64,000 bases of DNA, taken from positions 32,001 to 96,000 of the IMG/VR virus record IMGVR_UViG_3300046747_000672, one strand, 5' to 3'. Below, piece after piece: positions 62,480 to 64,000 of this stretch. Source of the DNA: a virus. The position numbers and the translations under genes are program-made. The notes beneath the pieces were generated by a model. It saw nothing but the letters and a program-made list of their open reading frames with translations. It ran no database searches and was not told the DNA's origin. The stretch's first letter is position 1; every line of letters starts with the position of its first letter.

Positions 62480-62864
62480 CACGCATGATGAACTTCGGTC
62501 TCCCCGGCTACCGCAAGCGGTTCCTGGGGCCGGTGATGTGGGCGTACTTGGCGATTCGGGTGACGAGGGACGCGGCCTGAGCGCGTCAGGCGACCCGAAG
62601 GCTGCTGCGGCTGCGCAGGCGACGCCGCTCGGTGGGATGGCGGCGGCGGGGCTGGTGAAGAGCGGGAAGCAGTAGTCGCTCTCCTCTGCTGCGGTCGATG
62701 TCTGTAACCGCAGGCGCGATCCCAGATCAGGGTCATCGCGCGAATGTGTCAAGTGAAGTTTGCCGAGAGCGAAGAGTAATTCGGTAGACGCGAGTGTCAG
62801 TGGCGCGAAAGCGCACCGCAACGGGACGACGCCGGTAACGGTCGAAGGCGGTAGCGAATGCGTG
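62480..62864 (+). ncRNA. Candidate structured RNA, block 3
   Basis: About 385 nt closed by CACGCAT/ATGCGTG; about 10 stems, GAAA and GTAA tetraloops, GAA..AGTA loops. Confidence 0.55.
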
Positions 62865-63097
62865 GAAAGGCTTTTGAGATCGGCGGCCAGGTCGGTGGCG
62901 TGACCGAGATCCAAGAAGACGGCAGTCACATCGAGAAGCCGGTGTGCACTCCCATGATCTACGGGGGTCCTCCCCGGTACTGGGTCTACTGGCACATCAA
63001 GAACGGCTACGAGAAGGCCGTCGAAGTTGGACGCGAGGAATTCGAAGCAATCCGGAGGGACTGCCCGGAGTTGCACTGGGCGTCCGTCGGGCCGTAG
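62858..63097 (+). CDS. Hypothetical protein
   Basis: 79-aa ORF with natural composition. Confidence 0.65.
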   Translation: MRGKAFEIGGQVGGVTEIQEDGSHIEKPVCTPMIYGGPPRYWVYWHIKNGYEKAVEVGREEFEAIRRDCPELHWASVGP

Positions 63098-63106
63098 GTC
63101 GTCGAC

Positions 63107-63619
63107 GTGGAAGAGAAACGCGAGTCTTCGGACTCACGCGCGAATGGTCATCCCTTCTTCGAGAAGGCGACCGATCGAGTCGAGTACGTCATCGGACTGA
63201 TGACGGATCGGGTCTGGAACCCGGACACATCGAGGTCTCTTCAGAAGGCGCTGTCCGAGGCATGGGGCGTGACCCAAAGCACGATCCGCAACTACTCGGC
63301 GGAAGCGAGCCATAGCATGCTCGGCACCGTCCGCGAGCGCCGCGCCGAACTCGCGAAGCAAGCAGTCGAGACGTTGCTCGAAGTCGCCAAGTCCGAGGTG
63401 CAGATGCCGGGCGACCGTGCCGCGAAGGTTTCGGCGAGCAAGGTTCTCCTCGAGTTTGCCGGCGTCGACAGGCCGGACGAGGACAAGGTCCAGAAGCACA
63501 TCGTTGCTGGCATGGGCGAGGCGACGCCCGACAAGGCGCGTGAAGTCGTGAGAGCGCTTTTTGGAGACATCGTCCCTCAGTCAAGCCCAGCCGAACTGGA
63601 AGATAGCGGTAAGCGCTGA
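63107..63619 (+). CDS. terS: Terminase small subunit (putative)
   Basis: HTH-like N-terminus (WGVTQSTIRNY), helical, directly upstream of terL. Confidence 0.7.
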   Translation: MEEKRESSDSRANGHPFFEKATDRVEYVIGLMTDRVWNPDTSRSLQKALSEAWGVTQSTIRNYSAEASHSMLGTVRERRAELAKQAVETLLEVAKSEVQMPGDRAAKVSASKVLLEFAGVDRPDEDKVQKHIVAGMGEATPDKAREVVRALFGDIVPQSSPAELEDSGKR

Positions 63620-64000
63620 AGCGCGACGCCGCGTTCTTGCGGCGTACCAGTCTGCCCTGCCAGAGAATGAATGGGCTGCCGTTCGGGCCTGGTTTCACAC
63701 GTTCTACCCATTCCAGCTCGAATGGCTGCTCGATCCGTCGCGATTCGCGGTTTGCAACAAGAGCCGGCAGATCGGCATGTCGCACACGACGGCGGCCCTC
63801 GTCGTCCTCTGGGCAGCGATGCTCGGCGAGACGACCACGCTCATTTCGATCGGACAGCGCGAAGCTGACGAGGTCCAGGCCAAGGCCGAGAAGCACGCAA
63901 AGGCTCTCGTGGCGCTCGGATCGAACTGGGCGCGCGCAAGGCCTCACGGTGAGCAGCTGCGCTTCGCAAGCGGCGGAAGGATCATCGCGGTTCCGAGCTC
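63561..64000 (+). CDS. terL: Terminase large subunit, N-terminal part (truncated by the window end)
   Basis: Frame from TTG 63561: FYPFQLEWL.D.SRFAVCNKSRQIGMS (Q motif and Walker A, Mu gp28-like)..LRFASGGRIIAVPS. Confidence 0.9.
   Translation, partial: METSSLSQAQPNWKIAVSAEARRRVLAAYQSALPENEWAAVRAWFHTFYPFQLEWLLDPSRFAVCNKSRQIGMSHTTAALVVLWAAMLGETTTLISIGQREADEVQAKAEKHAKALVALGSNWARARPHGEQLRFASGGRIIAVPS

Larger units (their letters stand above)
1..64000. mobile_element. Temperate bacteriophage genome segment (early-left arm, immunity region, replication, start of packaging module)
   Basis: Integrase/excisionase, repressor/cro switch, RecE/RecT, primase/initiator/DnaB and terminase subunits; dense small coupled ORFs; no host housekeeping genes. 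Confidence 0.95.

Noticed and set aside
62485-62580. 31-aa ORF MMNFGLPGYRKRF...
   Set aside because: Weak RBS and buried in stems; treated as part of the RNA candidate, though not excluded
62143-62864. Group II or group I intron (GTGCG at 62143)
   Set aside because: No domain V, no group I R/S core, no interrupted gene and no reverse transcriptase/maturase

Overview
High-GC (by eye about two-thirds G+C) temperate tailed-phage genome segment. It appears to be in the free or excised configuration, because an intact attP-like core matching the 3' end of a tRNA-Asn lies just downstream of the tyrosine integrase with phage genes on both sides. The window has two divergent arms. The leftward arm (1-33.5 kb) holds about 70 mostly small, translationally coupled ORFs, including a SLOG protein, NT5C and HAD phosphatases, an XF1762/Mom-like GNAT, an HNH protein, int/xis, a metallophosphoesterase, an RlaP-like nucleotidyltransferase, a C5 DNA methyltransferase with a second subunit encoded in an overlapping frame, RecT/RecE-like recombination genes, a degenerate ImmA-like protein and the repressor. 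The rightward arm (33.6-64 kb) holds cro, a GIY-YIG-HTH fusion, a Dam-like methyltransferase, a DEDD exoribonuclease, a DUF559 nuclease, primase, a replication initiator with an internal iteron origin, DnaB, MazG-like, KGG stress, RuvC-like and antirepressor-like proteins, putative late regulators, and the small and large terminase genes (the latter truncated by the window end). Two mirror-image promoter/operator boxes define the immunity switch. The most novel-looking element is the start of the late operon (60.4-62.9 kb): three densely base-paired ORF-free blocks with GNRA loops and AGUA/GAA motifs (a candidate large structured ncRNA), interleaved with a possible Acb2/Tad1-like sponge gene and a Tat-exported protein. 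All family assignments come from motif recognition by eye, not from database searches. The host is unknown; a high-GC Gram-negative such as a myxobacterium is only a guess.
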